From contig JBEKVQ010000006.1 of the NCBI GenBank assembly GCA_049997815.1, forward strand, positions 2,613 through 66,612: a DNA stretch of 64,000 nucleotides, in the 5' to 3' direction. This document shows, in pieces, positions 19,022 to 30,255 of this stretch (positions are counted from its first letter, which is position 1; each line of letters starts with the position of its first letter). Below the pieces are notes generated by a model. That model was not told the DNA's origin. It was given only the letters and a program-made list of their open reading frames with translations, and ran no database searches. Source of the DNA: Minisyncoccia bacterium. GTDB taxonomy: Bacteria; Patescibacteriota; Minisyncoccia; UBA6257; GWB1-50-10. The position numbers and the translations under genes are program-made.

Positions 19022-19396
19022 ATGAGTACAAAAAATACATTGATTCTAATAGGAGTCCTCGTTCTGATATTGGCGGCTGTAGTTTTGGTGGTTGTTTTGG
19101 TAGGGGGTTCGGCCAAGCCCAACCCGGCGGTGGATGCTTTTGCCAAATGCCTGGCTTCGAAGAATGTCGTCATGTACGGTGCTTATTGGTGCCCGCATTG
19201 CCAGAACCAAAAGAAACTGTTCGGCGATTCGTTCCAATACATACCCTATGTGGAATGTACACAGGATGTGGCGAAGTGCACCGCGGTGAACATTGACGGG
19301 TATCCGACCTGGATATTCTCCGATGGTAGCCGGGTGGAGGGAGAACAGTCATTCCAGGATCTCTCGAGCAAGACCGGCTGTCCGCTGCCGAATTAG
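19022..19396 (+). CDS. Membrane-anchored thioredoxin-like protein (VKOR-partner type)
   Basis: N-terminal TM; YGAYWCPHC; cis-Pro motif GYPTW. Confidence 0.85.
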   Translation: MSTKNTLILIGVLVLILAAVVLVVVLVGGSAKPNPAVDAFAKCLASKNVVMYGAYWCPHCQNQKKLFGDSFQYIPYVECTQDVAKCTAVNIDGYPTWIFSDGSRVEGEQSFQDLSSKTGCPLPN

Positions 19397-19418
19397 TTCT
19401 ATATTCCTCTATATTAAT

Positions 19419-20702
19419 ATGGGAAAAATCCAAAATCTTGAGAAACTAGCCGTTACTGAGCTAAGGAGAGCCGCTTTGGAAATTGCCGAGGCGGGGCTTC
19501 TGGCGATTGATACGGAAAAAGCCGTGAAGGGCGGCGTGGTTTTGGATGGGGAAGTTCTCAGGGTTAAGGACAAGGAATTTGATCTCGCCGGATTCGAGCG
19601 CGTTTTCGTCGTGGGCGTCGGTAAGTGCGCGCTTGAGGCCGGCCGGGCTTTGGAAGAAATTTTGGGCGACAAATTGACGAACGGCATCGTTCTGGATGTT
19701 CATTCGGGAAATCTGAAAAAGATAAGGACGTTTGTCGGAACGCATCCGTTCCCCACGACCGAAAACGTGAACGCGACAGCCGAGATAATTCAACTTTTAT
19801 CATCTTTAACGGAAAAGGATTTCGTAATCTTCGTTATCTCGGGCGGCGGTTCCACGCTTCTCTGCCAGCCGAAGAACCTCATCTGCCAGGATGAAAAGGA
19901 TATCTTAACCCACCTTTTTAAGGTCGGCGCAAATATCGAAGAGATAAACACAATTCGAAAACATCTATCTCTTGCGCGCGGAGGATATCTTGCATCCTAC
20001 GCCCATTTGGCCTCGTCCGTCGCACTCATATTTTCGGATGTACCGGGCGGAGCAATGGAATTCATCGCTTCCGGACCGACAGTTAAGGACACGACGACGG
20101 TGGATGATGCGCGCCGGGTTTTGGAGAAATATGGAGTGGAAGAAGCTACGAGATTGAAAATAGAACCGCTTGAAACACCGAAAGACGAAACATCTTTTGA
20201 AAAAATCACGAATATTCTATTTTTGGACAATATGACGGCATTGGAAGCAATGTCCGCCAAGGCCAGAGGGTTGGGATTTAACCCCAAGATTCGCACGAAC
20301 GTTCTGGACGGCGAAGCCAGGGAAGCGGGGGAAAATATCGCGCTGGATATAGGAAAAGCCGGGGCGAAAACGGCCATTCTCTATGGCGGAGAGACGACAG
20401 TGAAGATAAAAAACGACGGCAAGGGAGGCCGGAATTTGGAAGTCGTTCTGGGCGCTTTGGGTAAAATTGGAGAAAACGAACTTGTTTTATCATTCGATTC
20501 GGACGGCCGGGATAACACGGATTTTGCGGGCGCGCTCTGTGATAGAATAACGAGTGAAAAGGCCGCGAAACTGGATTTGAAACCGGAAGAATTTCTGAAA
20601 AACAACGATTCATATATGTTTTTTGAAAAAGTCGGGGATTATATATTGACCGGCGACACCGGCTCCAACGTTTCGGACTTAATGATTGCAATTAAAAGCT
20701 AA
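19419..20702 (+). CDS. Glycerate 2-kinase (MOFRL/DUF4147, TtuD-like)
   Basis: VGVGK, HPFP, ISGGGSTL, RKHLS, SDVPG..IASGPT, GGETTV, GGRN, SDGRD, TGSNVSD. Confidence 0.9.
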   Translation: MGKIQNLEKLAVTELRRAALEIAEAGLLAIDTEKAVKGGVVLDGEVLRVKDKEFDLAGFERVFVVGVGKCALEAGRALEEILGDKLTNGIVLDVHSGNLKKIRTFVGTHPFPTTENVNATAEIIQLLSSLTEKDFVIFVISGGGSTLLCQPKNLICQDEKDILTHLFKVGANIEEINTIRKHLSLARGGYLASYAHLASSVALIFSDVPGGAMEFIASGPTVKDTTTVDDARRVLEKYGVEEATRLKIEPLETPKDETSFEKITNILFLDNMTALEAMSAKARGLGFNPKIRTNVLDGEAREAGENIALDIGKAGAKTAILYGGETTVKIKNDGKGGRNLEVVLGALGKIGENELVLSFDSDGRDNTDFAGALCDRITSEKAAKLDLKPEEFLKNNDSYMFFEKVGDYILTGDTGSNVSDLMIAIKS

Positions 20703-22475
20703 ATGGCGTCTGAAACCAAAAATTGCCAAAATTGCAAAAAGGACTTCACCATTGAGCCCGATGATTTTTCGTTCTACGAAAGGATAAAAGTACCACCTCC
20801 GACTTTTTGCCCGGAGTGTCGGCTACAGAGGCGGCTCGTGTGGCGTAACGAGCGCAGTCTTTACAAACGTACCTGCGAGCTCTGCGGCGAAGTTACCATA
20901 TCCATGTATAACGAGGAAAGTCCGTACCCAGTTTACTGCTCCAAATGCTGGTGGTCGGACGGGTGGGATCCGATGCGTTACGGGAGAAATTACAATTTTT
21001 CCCGTCCATTCTTCGAACAGTTTAAAGATTTAATGCTCCGCGTGCCCCGCGTGAGCTTGGGCCATAAGGATGCCGTTGACTCTCCTTATACCAATTACAT
21101 AGTTCACGTTAAAAATTCTTATCTCGTTTTTGGCGGCCATGACGTCGAGGACTCATCTTATGTGGCGCTCCGAAGCCATTTTTTGAAAGATTGCCTGGAT
21201 GTTGATCAGATACATCATTCGGAATCATGTTACTGGAGCATGGACTGCAATAAGTGTTATCGGGTTTTCTTCAGTCAATACTGTGATGGTTGTAATGATT
21301 CGAGGTTTCTATTTGATTGTCGAAATTGTGCTAACTGTATCGCATGCGTGGGATTACGAGGCAAGCAATATCATATTTTGAACCAAGCGTATTCCAAAGA
21401 AGATTATCTCAAAAAAGTTGAAGAATTAGAGTTGGGGAGCTGGAAAGGTGTTCAAAATCTTTGGGAAAAGTGCGTGCAACTCCGATTAAAACTTCCGAGG
21501 CGTTATGCGATGATTCTGCAGTCCGCCAATGTGAGCGGCGACGACATTATGGGAGTGAGAAACTGTCGGAATTGTTTCGCGGTTTCGAATGAAAGCGAAA
21601 ATTGCGCTTATCTCTGGAGCATGGACCGCGTTAAAGAAAGTCATGACATAAATTTCAGCTATCTCACTGAATTTTCCTATGAGGGAATGAGCACGGTGGA
21701 GGGTCAAAGGATGTTTTTTGGTAATGTGGCTTGGACGAATCACGAAACCAGCTATGTGGATAATTGCCATGACTGCGGCAACCTTTTTGGGTGCGCAGGA
21801 TTGCGCAGTAAGGAATACTGCATCCTCAACAAACAATATACCAAGGAAGAGTACGAGGCCATCGTTCCTAAGGTAATAAAGCACATGAACGACATGCCCT
21901 ATAAGGATGCTAAGGACAGGATCTATAAATACGGGGAGTTTTTCCCGCCAGAACTTTCTCCCTTTGCGTACAATGAAACCATCGCTCAAGAGTATTTTCC
22001 TCTGACTAAGGAAGAAGCCTTGCGACAGGGTTATAGATGGCGAGAACCCGACACGAAACAGTACAACATCACCGAGAAGCCGGAGAATCTGCCAGATAAC
22101 ATTAAAGATGTCCCCGATTCAATCACTGAAGAGGTTATCGGTTGCGCTCATCAAGGAACTTGCACGCATCAATGTACCACCGCTTTCAAGATTACCTCCG
22201 GAGAACTCCAATTCTATCGCCATATGAATCTTCCTCTCCCTCGACTTTGCCCGAACTGCCGTCATCACGAAAGATTGGCCCAGAGAAATCCGCTACGACT
22301 ATGGTACCGCAAGTGCCAGTGCGCCGGTATTAAATCCGAAAACGGAGTTTATCAAAACACCGCAAAACATCAACACGGAACAGGGAAGTGCTTGAACGAG
22401 TTCGAGACATCATATGCACCCGAACGCAAAGAAATCGTCTATTGTGAGCAGTGTTATAATGCCGAAGTCATATGA
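20703..22475 (+). CDS. Cys-rich zinc-ribbon/solenoid family protein, copy 5
   Basis: ATG immediately follows the glycerate kinase TAA; 590 aa with the family architecture. Confidence 0.92.
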   Translation: MASETKNCQNCKKDFTIEPDDFSFYERIKVPPPTFCPECRLQRRLVWRNERSLYKRTCELCGEVTISMYNEESPYPVYCSKCWWSDGWDPMRYGRNYNFSRPFFEQFKDLMLRVPRVSLGHKDAVDSPYTNYIVHVKNSYLVFGGHDVEDSSYVALRSHFLKDCLDVDQIHHSESCYWSMDCNKCYRVFFSQYCDGCNDSRFLFDCRNCANCIACVGLRGKQYHILNQAYSKEDYLKKVEELELGSWKGVQNLWEKCVQLRLKLPRRYAMILQSANVSGDDIMGVRNCRNCFAVSNESENCAYLWSMDRVKESHDINFSYLTEFSYEGMSTVEGQRMFFGNVAWTNHETSYVDNCHDCGNLFGCAGLRSKEYCILNKQYTKEEYEAIVPKVIKHMNDMPYKDAKDRIYKYGEFFPPELSPFAYNETIAQEYFPLTKEEALRQGYRWREPDTKQYNITEKPENLPDNIKDVPDSITEEVIGCAHQGTCTHQCTTAFKITSGELQFYRHMNLPLPRLCPNCRHHERLAQRNPLRLWYRKCQCAGIKSENGVYQNTAKHQHGTGKCLNEFETSYAPERKEIVYCEQCYNAEVI

Positions 22476-24259
22476 CCTCCGAAACTAGAAATTGCCAAAA
22501 CTGCAAGCAAAACTTCGTCATTGAATCCGACGATTTTGACTTTTACGAAAAAATGAAGGTTCCGGCGCCGACGTTTTGTCCCGATTGCCGGTTGGTTCGA
22601 AAATTGATCTGGAGGAACGAGCGCGTTCTATACCGGCGCGAGTGCGACCTTTGCAACAAATCCGTCATCTCTATTTATCCGAAAGAAAGCCCGCTAAAAG
22701 TATATTGCCATGATTGCTGGTGGGGAGATAAGTGGGATCCGCAGGTGTACGCAGCAAAATTCAATCCCAGTAAGCCGTTCTTTGAACAGTATCGAACGCT
22801 TGTCGAATCCGTTCCGGTTATAAATCTTTTCAATACCAATCCGGTCAATTCCGAATATTGTAATTACGCCAGCAATAGTAAGAATTGCTACTTATTCGTC
22901 GGCGGTAGGGAATGCGAGAATATTCTATATGCCAACCGAGTATTTTCCTCCAAGGACTCGATCGATCTCTACGATGCCAATAAGTTGGAGTTGTCCTACG
23001 AGGCAATCCAGTGCAAAAATTGCAATCGCTTGTTCTTCGGACAGTTATGCACGGATTGCAATGATTCGTGGTTTCTCTACGACTGCCGGGGCTGCCAGAA
23101 CTGTTTTGGCTGCGCGAATCTTCGCGGGCAGCAATATCACATCTGGAATCAGCCCTATCAGAAAGAGGATTACTTCGCGAAGCTGAAAGAATTCGATCTG
23201 GAAAGCCGCGCCGGCTTGGAAAAGGCAAAGAAACTCGCGGAAGAACATCTCGCCAAATATATCCGCCGTTATGCCCACATCGTCAATTCTCCGGGGAGCA
23301 CGGGGGACAATCTTTACAATTGCCGGAACTGCAAATATTGCTTCGATTTGACCGGCTCCGATTCGGAGAGCTGCAAATTCACGCACTTCGCCGGCGTCGG
23401 CATGAAGGACTCCTACGATAATTACGGGGCGCCCCGCGCCGAACAGGTTTACGAAACCCTGGCCATCGGCTTTGAATCCAACGATAACTCGCATTATTAC
23501 TTCAGTTATTTCGTTAGAGGAAGCCACGACATCTATTATTCTTACAATTGCGTTTCCTCCTCATATCTCTTTGGATGCGTCGGATTGCGCAATAAGCAAT
23601 ATCGCATTTTGAACAAACAGTATACAAAGGAGGAATATGAAGAACTTGTTCCGAAAATCATTCAGCAAATGAATGATATGCCGTTCATGGATAAGAGGGG
23701 ATTGGTCTATAAATACGGAGAATTTCCGCCGGCGGAGTTCTCGCCATTCGCTTATAACGAAACCATTGCCCAGGATTATTTTCCCATTACTAAAGATGAG
23801 GCAATCAAGCAGGGTTATCTTTGGAAGGACCCGGAGACCAAGGCATATCAGGTAACCATTCCGGCGGATAAGATACCGGAGCGCATCAAAGACGTTCCCG
23901 ATGCCATTACTTCCGAGGTTATCGCTTGCGCCCACGCAGGGAAGTGCACTCACCAGTGCACCACCGCTTTCCGTATCATTCTGGAAGAGCTTCAATTTTA
24001 CCGAAGGATGGATCTGCCTCTGCCGAGATTGTGTTCCAATTGCCGCCATTATGAGAGATTGGCACAGAGGAATCCAATGAGATTATGGCACCGAAAATGC
24101 CAGTGTGCTGGGGCAAAATCCGAGGGTGGTGCCTATCAAAATACCGTCAAGCATCAGCACCAAGACGGCCACTGTCCGAACGAATTTGAGACGAGTTATT
24201 CCCCAGAGAGGAAGGAAATCATCTACTGCGAGCAGTGCTATAACAGCGAGGTAATATGA
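22472..24259 (+). CDS. Cys-rich zinc-ribbon/solenoid family protein, copy 6
   Basis: ATGA overlap with copy 5; 595 aa. Confidence 0.92.
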   Translation: MTSETRNCQNCKQNFVIESDDFDFYEKMKVPAPTFCPDCRLVRKLIWRNERVLYRRECDLCNKSVISIYPKESPLKVYCHDCWWGDKWDPQVYAAKFNPSKPFFEQYRTLVESVPVINLFNTNPVNSEYCNYASNSKNCYLFVGGRECENILYANRVFSSKDSIDLYDANKLELSYEAIQCKNCNRLFFGQLCTDCNDSWFLYDCRGCQNCFGCANLRGQQYHIWNQPYQKEDYFAKLKEFDLESRAGLEKAKKLAEEHLAKYIRRYAHIVNSPGSTGDNLYNCRNCKYCFDLTGSDSESCKFTHFAGVGMKDSYDNYGAPRAEQVYETLAIGFESNDNSHYYFSYFVRGSHDIYYSYNCVSSSYLFGCVGLRNKQYRILNKQYTKEEYEELVPKIIQQMNDMPFMDKRGLVYKYGEFPPAEFSPFAYNETIAQDYFPITKDEAIKQGYLWKDPETKAYQVTIPADKIPERIKDVPDAITSEVIACAHAGKCTHQCTTAFRIILEELQFYRRMDLPLPRLCSNCRHYERLAQRNPMRLWHRKCQCAGAKSEGGAYQNTVKHQHQDGHCPNEFETSYSPERKEIIYCEQCYNSEVI

Positions 24260-26034
24260 CCTCCGAAACTAGAAATTGCCAAAACTGCAAACAATCCTTC
24301 ACGATTGAGCCGGATGATTTCAGTTTCTACGAAAAAATCCACGTGCCGGTGCCTACCTGGTGCCCGAACTGCCAACTGCAGCGGAGATTTTGTTTTAGGA
24401 ACGAACGGACGCTTTATAAGCGCAAGGAGTCGCTCCGGGGCGAGGTGGTCATCTCTAATTATTCGCCGGACCTGAACGTCCCGATCTATAACCAGCAGGA
24501 TTGGTGGAGCGATTCGTGGGACCCGATGATGTACGGGAAATCATACGATTTTTCGAAACCGTTCTTTCTGCAGATGAAAGAACTCTCGAGAGCAGTGCCG
24601 TGGCCGGCGCTCCTGAACTGGAATGCGGTAAACAGCGATTACTGTGTTTACACCACGGACAACAAGGATTGCTACCTGGTTTTCGGCGGGGACTACAACG
24701 AAAATTGTTTCTGCGCCACGCATAACTTCCATTCTAAGGACAGTGGCGAATTATTTTGGGTGGAAAAGTGCGAGCTTTGCTACGAGCTCATCTACAGCGA
24801 AAACTGTTTCCGGGTGAAATACGGTCGGTACGTTAACAACTGCACCGATTGCGCGTTCATGTTGAGTTGCACGAACTGCACCGATTGCATCGGGTGCGTG
24901 GGGCTGAAGAACAAATCCCACTGCATCCTGAACAAACAATATTCCAAGGAGGAATACGAAAATAAAGCGAAAGGAGCGGCGCTGGATACGCGGGCGGGGC
25001 TCGAGAAGTTCAAAAGGCAATTCGAGGAACTGCGCCTGTCCCAACCAACCCGTTTCGCGGAGATCTATAAATCGGTCGGTTGTACCGGGGACAATATCCA
25101 CAGCAGCAAGAACTGCGTCAACTGTTTCGACGTCTTCGACGGGGCGGAGGATTTGAAGAATGCGGTTCTCGCCGGATGGGGGAGCAAAGACGGACGGAAT
25201 GTGAACCACTTCGGACATAAATCGGAGCTGGTATACGACTCCCTCATCACCTTCGATAATTCGCAGCGGGTGCGATTTTGCGCTTCCACGTCCACTTCGC
25301 AGGACATTGAGTATTCCATGAACTGCCGGAGTTCCCGGAATCTCTTCGGTTGCGTAAATCTTCGGGGGAAGGAGTATTGTATCCTGAACAAGCAGTACGA
25401 CAAGGATTCGTACGAAAAGACGCGTTCTCAGATCGTCGAGCACATGAAGGCGATGCCGTATAAGGATATGCAGGGCTATATGTACACGTATGGTGATTTC
25501 TTCCCGCCGGAACTTTCCCTTTTTGCCTATAACGAGACGTCGGCCCAAGAGTACTTCCCGTTGACCAAAGAAGAAGCGTTGAGGTTGGGATACGAATGGC
25601 GCGAGGCCGAGAACCGAGAGTATACAGCCACGAAACCAGCCAGTTCAATGCCGGATAACATAGCGGAAGTAGATGACTCAATAACCAAGGAAGTCATTGG
25701 ATGTTCCCATAATGGGGAATGCAATCAGCGCTGCGCCAAGGCGTTCCGCATCGTTCCGCAGGAACTCCAATTGTATCGCCAGCTTAACGTCCCGCCGCCG
25801 ATACTTTGTCCAAGTTGTCGCCACTATGAACGTATGAGCCAAAAAAATCCCCTAAAGCTTTGGCATCGAAAATGCCAGTGTTCGGGAGTTAGATCCGAAA
25901 ACGGCGTTTATCAGAATACCGTTAAACATTTTCACGAAGATGGTCATTGTCCCAACGAGTTTGAGACCTCTTTTGCTCCCGAGCGGAAAGAAATAGTGTA
26001 CTGCGAGCAGTGTTATCAAACGGAAGTAGCATGA
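24256..26034 (+). CDS. Cys-rich zinc-ribbon/solenoid family protein, copy 7 (second N-terminal zinc ribbon degenerate)
   Basis: ATGA overlap; KRKESLRG...YNQQDWW replaces the CxxC...CxxC. Confidence 0.92.
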   Translation: MTSETRNCQNCKQSFTIEPDDFSFYEKIHVPVPTWCPNCQLQRRFCFRNERTLYKRKESLRGEVVISNYSPDLNVPIYNQQDWWSDSWDPMMYGKSYDFSKPFFLQMKELSRAVPWPALLNWNAVNSDYCVYTTDNKDCYLVFGGDYNENCFCATHNFHSKDSGELFWVEKCELCYELIYSENCFRVKYGRYVNNCTDCAFMLSCTNCTDCIGCVGLKNKSHCILNKQYSKEEYENKAKGAALDTRAGLEKFKRQFEELRLSQPTRFAEIYKSVGCTGDNIHSSKNCVNCFDVFDGAEDLKNAVLAGWGSKDGRNVNHFGHKSELVYDSLITFDNSQRVRFCASTSTSQDIEYSMNCRSSRNLFGCVNLRGKEYCILNKQYDKDSYEKTRSQIVEHMKAMPYKDMQGYMYTYGDFFPPELSLFAYNETSAQEYFPLTKEEALRLGYEWREAENREYTATKPASSMPDNIAEVDDSITKEVIGCSHNGECNQRCAKAFRIVPQELQLYRQLNVPPPILCPSCRHYERMSQKNPLKLWHRKCQCSGVRSENGVYQNTVKHFHEDGHCPNEFETSFAPERKEIVYCEQCYQTEVA

Positions 26035-27827
26035 ACGCCGAGATAAAAACCTGTCAAAATTGCCATAAAGAATTCGTAATTGAACCCGACGATTTCACGT
26101 TCTACGAAAAGATGCAGGTGCCGGCGCCGATGTTTTGCCCGCAGTGCCGATTCCAGCGGCGGCTTTCTTTTTGCAACGAGAGGCATTTATACAAAATAAA
26201 TTGCGGATTGTGTGGCAAGGGAATGATCGCGATGTATCCTCCGAATACGAAATTCCCGGTTTACTGCCTACCTTGTTACCGGAGCGACAACTGGGACCCA
26301 CTCTCTTACGGGAGGGAGTATAACTTTGACCAGCCGTTCTTCGAACAATTCAAGGAATTGAAGTCACATGTGCCCCGGGCATCGCTCGTCCGGCAGGGGG
26401 ACATCGCGGGCAGCGAATACTGCAACCGGGCGAGTTATAACAAAGATTGCTACCTGATAATCCGGGCGAACTATAACGAGAATTCGCTCTATTCCTACAA
26501 CTTGTGGGAGTCCCGGGACAGCATGGATTGTTTTAACGTCCACAAATCCGAGCTGGCTTATAACTGCATCGATTCCATCGATTGCTATCACGTCCAATAT
26601 TGCCAGGAATGCAGATTATGCCGGGATTCCATTCTTCTTTTCGACTGCCGGAATTGCACGAGTTGTATCGGGTGCGTCGGATTGCGGAATAAGCAGTATC
26701 ACATTCTGAACCGCCCGTATACGAAAGAAGATTACGAGAACGAACTGCGTGGTTTGAGTTTGAATACTGTGGCGGGGATGACGGCTCTGGCGGGGCGATT
26801 CAAGGTGATTTTAGATAAAGCAATTCGCGAGTCCGAGATCGAAACGAATTGCGTCCGGTCCACCGGGAATTGGCTCACCGACTGCAAAGATGTTCTGGAT
26901 TCGTACCAGTGCCGGGATTTTGAGAACGGAAAATATCTGCTTTCCGTCATCGGGGCCAAGGATTGCATGGACTACTCGTACTGGGGCCGGGAAACGGAGC
27001 TCGTCTACGAATCCTCGAATTGCGGATACAACGTATCGAGAATTCGGTTTGCGAACGAATCCTGGGATGCCTGCCATGACCTGACCTATTGCGACAACTG
27101 CTATTCGTCGGCCAATCTCTTCGGTTGCGTCGGCTTAAGGAAGAAGGATTATTGCATCCTGAATAAGCAGTACACGAAAGAGGAGTATGAAAAAATGATG
27201 CCGAGGATAGTCGAGCATATGAACTCCATGCCGTACACGGATAAGAGGGGAAGGGTCTACAAGTTCGGGGAATTCTTCCCAACCGAGCTTTCAGCTTCTC
27301 CTTATAACATGACGGCGGCTTACGAGAATTTTCCGTTGAATAGAGAGGAAATTCTAAAGCAGGGATATGCCTGGGAGGATTTCAAGGAAAAAGAGTATAC
27401 GGTGACAAAATCCTGGCGCGACCTTCCCGAAAGTATCGAAACGGTGGACGACAGCATTCTTAAGGAGGTCATTCTTTGCAAGACCCAGGATGAAGGCAGT
27501 AAGGGCATTATCGAGGAGCGCAGCTGCACCAAGGCGTTCCGGATAACGCCGGAGGAATTCTCGTTCTATCGGAGAATGAATATCCCGCTCCCGCACTCCT
27601 GTTTTAATTGCAGACATTATGAGCGTTTCAAGAAAAGAAATCCGCTGAAGCTCTGGCACCGCAAATGCCAGTGCGCCGGCGCCAAATCCGAGAATGAAAT
27701 TTACCAAAACGTCGCCCAACACCCGCACGGAGCAGGCCACTGTCCCAATGATTTTGAAACCAGTTACAGTCCGGAAAGAAGGGAGATAGTGTATTGCGAA
27801 CAATGTTATAATAGCGAAGTAGTTTAA
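26031..27827 (+). CDS. Cys-rich zinc-ribbon/solenoid family protein, copy 8
   Basis: MNAEIKTCQNC start in an ATGA overlap; ends CEQCYNSEVV. Confidence 0.92.
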   Translation: MNAEIKTCQNCHKEFVIEPDDFTFYEKMQVPAPMFCPQCRFQRRLSFCNERHLYKINCGLCGKGMIAMYPPNTKFPVYCLPCYRSDNWDPLSYGREYNFDQPFFEQFKELKSHVPRASLVRQGDIAGSEYCNRASYNKDCYLIIRANYNENSLYSYNLWESRDSMDCFNVHKSELAYNCIDSIDCYHVQYCQECRLCRDSILLFDCRNCTSCIGCVGLRNKQYHILNRPYTKEDYENELRGLSLNTVAGMTALAGRFKVILDKAIRESEIETNCVRSTGNWLTDCKDVLDSYQCRDFENGKYLLSVIGAKDCMDYSYWGRETELVYESSNCGYNVSRIRFANESWDACHDLTYCDNCYSSANLFGCVGLRKKDYCILNKQYTKEEYEKMMPRIVEHMNSMPYTDKRGRVYKFGEFFPTELSASPYNMTAAYENFPLNREEILKQGYAWEDFKEKEYTVTKSWRDLPESIETVDDSILKEVILCKTQDEGSKGIIEERSCTKAFRITPEEFSFYRRMNIPLPHSCFNCRHYERFKKRNPLKLWHRKCQCAGAKSENEIYQNVAQHPHGAGHCPNDFETSYSPERREIVYCEQCYNSEVV

Positions 27828-27829
27828 AT

Positions 27830-30241
27830 ATGGCTTCCAGGAAGAAATCATTCGTTTTGTGGTTCAAGGAGCTCGGCATCAAGGATGTGCCGCTCGTGGG
27901 CGGGAAGAACGCCGCTTTAGGCGAGATGTACTCGCATCTCACACCTTTGGGTGTGAACGTGCCGAACGGTTTTGCGCTCACGGCCTATGCCTACAGATTC
28001 TTTTTGAAAAAGACGGGCTTGGATAAGAAAATCCAGGCGATTCTCAAAAATACGGATACGAAGAGTATAAAGAGCTTACAGAAAGCCGGAAAGGAGATCC
28101 GGGAGGCGATTGTGGCCGCCGAACTGCCGAAAGAGCTCACAAGAGCCATCCGCGAGGCCTATCGCAAGCTGGAGCGGGCTTACGGCAAGAATACAGACGT
28201 GGCGGTACGTTCTTCGGCCACGGCCGAGGATTTGCCGGGTGCTTCATTCGCCGGCCAGCAGGAAACATACTTGAATATCGTGGGAGTAGAGGCGGTGCTT
28301 ATTGCGACCAGAAAATGCATCGCGTCGCTCTTCACCGACCGCGCGATATCGTATCGGGTGGACAAGGGATTCTCGCATACCGACATTGCTCTTTCGGTAG
28401 GCGTCCAAAAAATGGTGCGCTCGGACGTTGCTTCAAGCGGCGTTATTTTCACGATAGATACCGAAAGCGGTTTCGACAAAGTTATCGTCGTCACGGCTTC
28501 GTGGGGCTTGGGCGAAATGGTGGTGCAGGGCAAGGTGACGCCGGACGAGTTCATGGTCTTTAAGCCGACGCTTGAGACCGGTCATCGCGCCATCATCGAA
28601 CAAAATCTCGGCGAGAAGAACATAAAACTAATTTATGCGAGAGAGGGGACGAAGAAGGTGAATGTTTCCAAAAGTAATCAGGATAAGTTTTGCCTCTCGG
28701 AAGACGAGGTTCTTACCCTCGCGAAGTGGTCATTGGAAATAGAAAAGTACTTCTCGAAGGTTCACAAACATTATCAGCCGATGGATATCGAGTGGGCGAA
28801 GGACGGCAAGACCAAGAAGCTCTATATCGTTCAGGCACGACCCGAAACGGTGGAAGCGCTAGTCGATAAGAGAATTTACAAGGAATATCATCTCCAAAAA
28901 CAAAGCAAGGTACTTATAAGCGGAATCGCGGTGGGTGCGAAGATAGGAGCGGGACCGGTGCGCGTCATTAAGGATGTTAGGAAGATAAAATCATTCAAGA
29001 AGGGCGAGGTGCTCGTGACCGAAATCACCGACCCGGATTGGGAGCCGATTATGAAGATTGCCTCGGCCATCATTACGGACAAGGGCGGGCGGACATCGCA
29101 CGCGGCGATTGTCAGCCGTGAGCTTGGGATTCCCTGCATCGTCGGCGCCGAAAAGGCCACCAAGGTTTTGAGAACCGGCCAGAAGGTGACCGTGGATTGC
29201 GCCTCAGGCGAGGTTGGCCACGTTTATGCCGGCATTCTTCCATTTGGCATCAAGGAACATCGTTTGGACAAGATGCCAAAGCCGAAGGTGAAAGTGATGG
29301 TGAATGTTGCATCGCCCGATGAGGCCTTCAAAAATCACTTCCTGCCGGCGCAGGGCGTGGGGCTCGGACGGTTGGAATTCATAATCGCTTCGCATATCAA
29401 AGTTCATCCGAATGCCTTGCTGGATTATCCGAAACTCGTTTCCGAAGCGAAAAAAAATCCAGCGATGAGGAAGACAATTGAAAAGATAGATATAATTACC
29501 CGCGGATACCGGAAGAAGACGGATTTCTATGTGGATGAGTTGGCCGAGGGAATCGCGAAGATCGGCGCGGCCTTTTGGCCGAACGAGGTAATCATCCGTT
29601 TTTCGGATTTCAAAACGAACGAATACCGGAAACTTTTGGGCGGAGAGCACTACGAGCCAGAGGAGGAAAACCCGATGTTGGGCTGGCGCGGGGCTTCGCG
29701 TTACTACGACCCGAAGTTCAAGGATGCCTTCGGACTGGAGGTGAAAGCCCTGAAGAAAGTCCGCGAGAGGATGGGATTAAAGAACGTCGTGCCGATGATT
29801 CCTTTTTGCCGAACGCCCGAGGAGGGCAGGAAGGTGGTGGAAATAATGGCCAGACACGGTCTGGACCGGAAGAAGGATAAAAAATTGAAGATATATGTGA
29901 TGTGCGAGATCCCATCCAATATTCTTCTGGCTGACGAATTCCTGGCGATTTTCGACGGCATGTCCATTGGTTCAAACGACCTGACCCAGCTTACGCTCGG
30001 TTTGGACAGGGACTCCGGCATCGTAACGCACATCGCGAACGAAAAAGACCCGTCGGTCAAAAAACTCATCGCCGAGATAATCAGGAAGTGCAACGCGAAA
30101 AAGAAATATATCGGCATTTGTGGCCAGGCGCCCTCCGACTATCCCGATTTCGCCGAATTCTTGGTAAAAGAAGGAATAAAAAGCATCTCCTTGAATCCGG
30201 ATTCCGTGATCAAGACGATTTTGAAATTAAGCCGGAAATAG
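27830..30241 (+). CDS. ppsA: Phosphoenolpyruvate synthase
   Basis: VGGKNAALGEM, VAVRSSATAED, GGRTSHAAIV (phospho-His), EENPMLGWRG, SIGSNDLTQ, GICGQAPSD. Confidence 0.96.
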   Translation: MASRKKSFVLWFKELGIKDVPLVGGKNAALGEMYSHLTPLGVNVPNGFALTAYAYRFFLKKTGLDKKIQAILKNTDTKSIKSLQKAGKEIREAIVAAELPKELTRAIREAYRKLERAYGKNTDVAVRSSATAEDLPGASFAGQQETYLNIVGVEAVLIATRKCIASLFTDRAISYRVDKGFSHTDIALSVGVQKMVRSDVASSGVIFTIDTESGFDKVIVVTASWGLGEMVVQGKVTPDEFMVFKPTLETGHRAIIEQNLGEKNIKLIYAREGTKKVNVSKSNQDKFCLSEDEVLTLAKWSLEIEKYFSKVHKHYQPMDIEWAKDGKTKKLYIVQARPETVEALVDKRIYKEYHLQKQSKVLISGIAVGAKIGAGPVRVIKDVRKIKSFKKGEVLVTEITDPDWEPIMKIASAIITDKGGRTSHAAIVSRELGIPCIVGAEKATKVLRTGQKVTVDCASGEVGHVYAGILPFGIKEHRLDKMPKPKVKVMVNVASPDEAFKNHFLPAQGVGLGRLEFIIASHIKVHPNALLDYPKLVSEAKKNPAMRKTIEKIDIITRGYRKKTDFYVDELAEGIAKIGAAFWPNEVIIRFSDFKTNEYRKLLGGEHYEPEEENPMLGWRGASRYYDPKFKDAFGLEVKALKKVRERMGLKNVVPMIPFCRTPEEGRKVVEIMARHGLDRKKDKKLKIYVMCEIPSNILLADEFLAIFDGMSIGSNDLTQLTLGLDRDSGIVTHIANEKDPSVKKLIAEIIRKCNAKKKYIGICGQAPSDYPDFAEFLVKEGIKSISLNPDSVIKTILKLSRK

Positions 30242-30255
30242 TTTAGATTCTTATT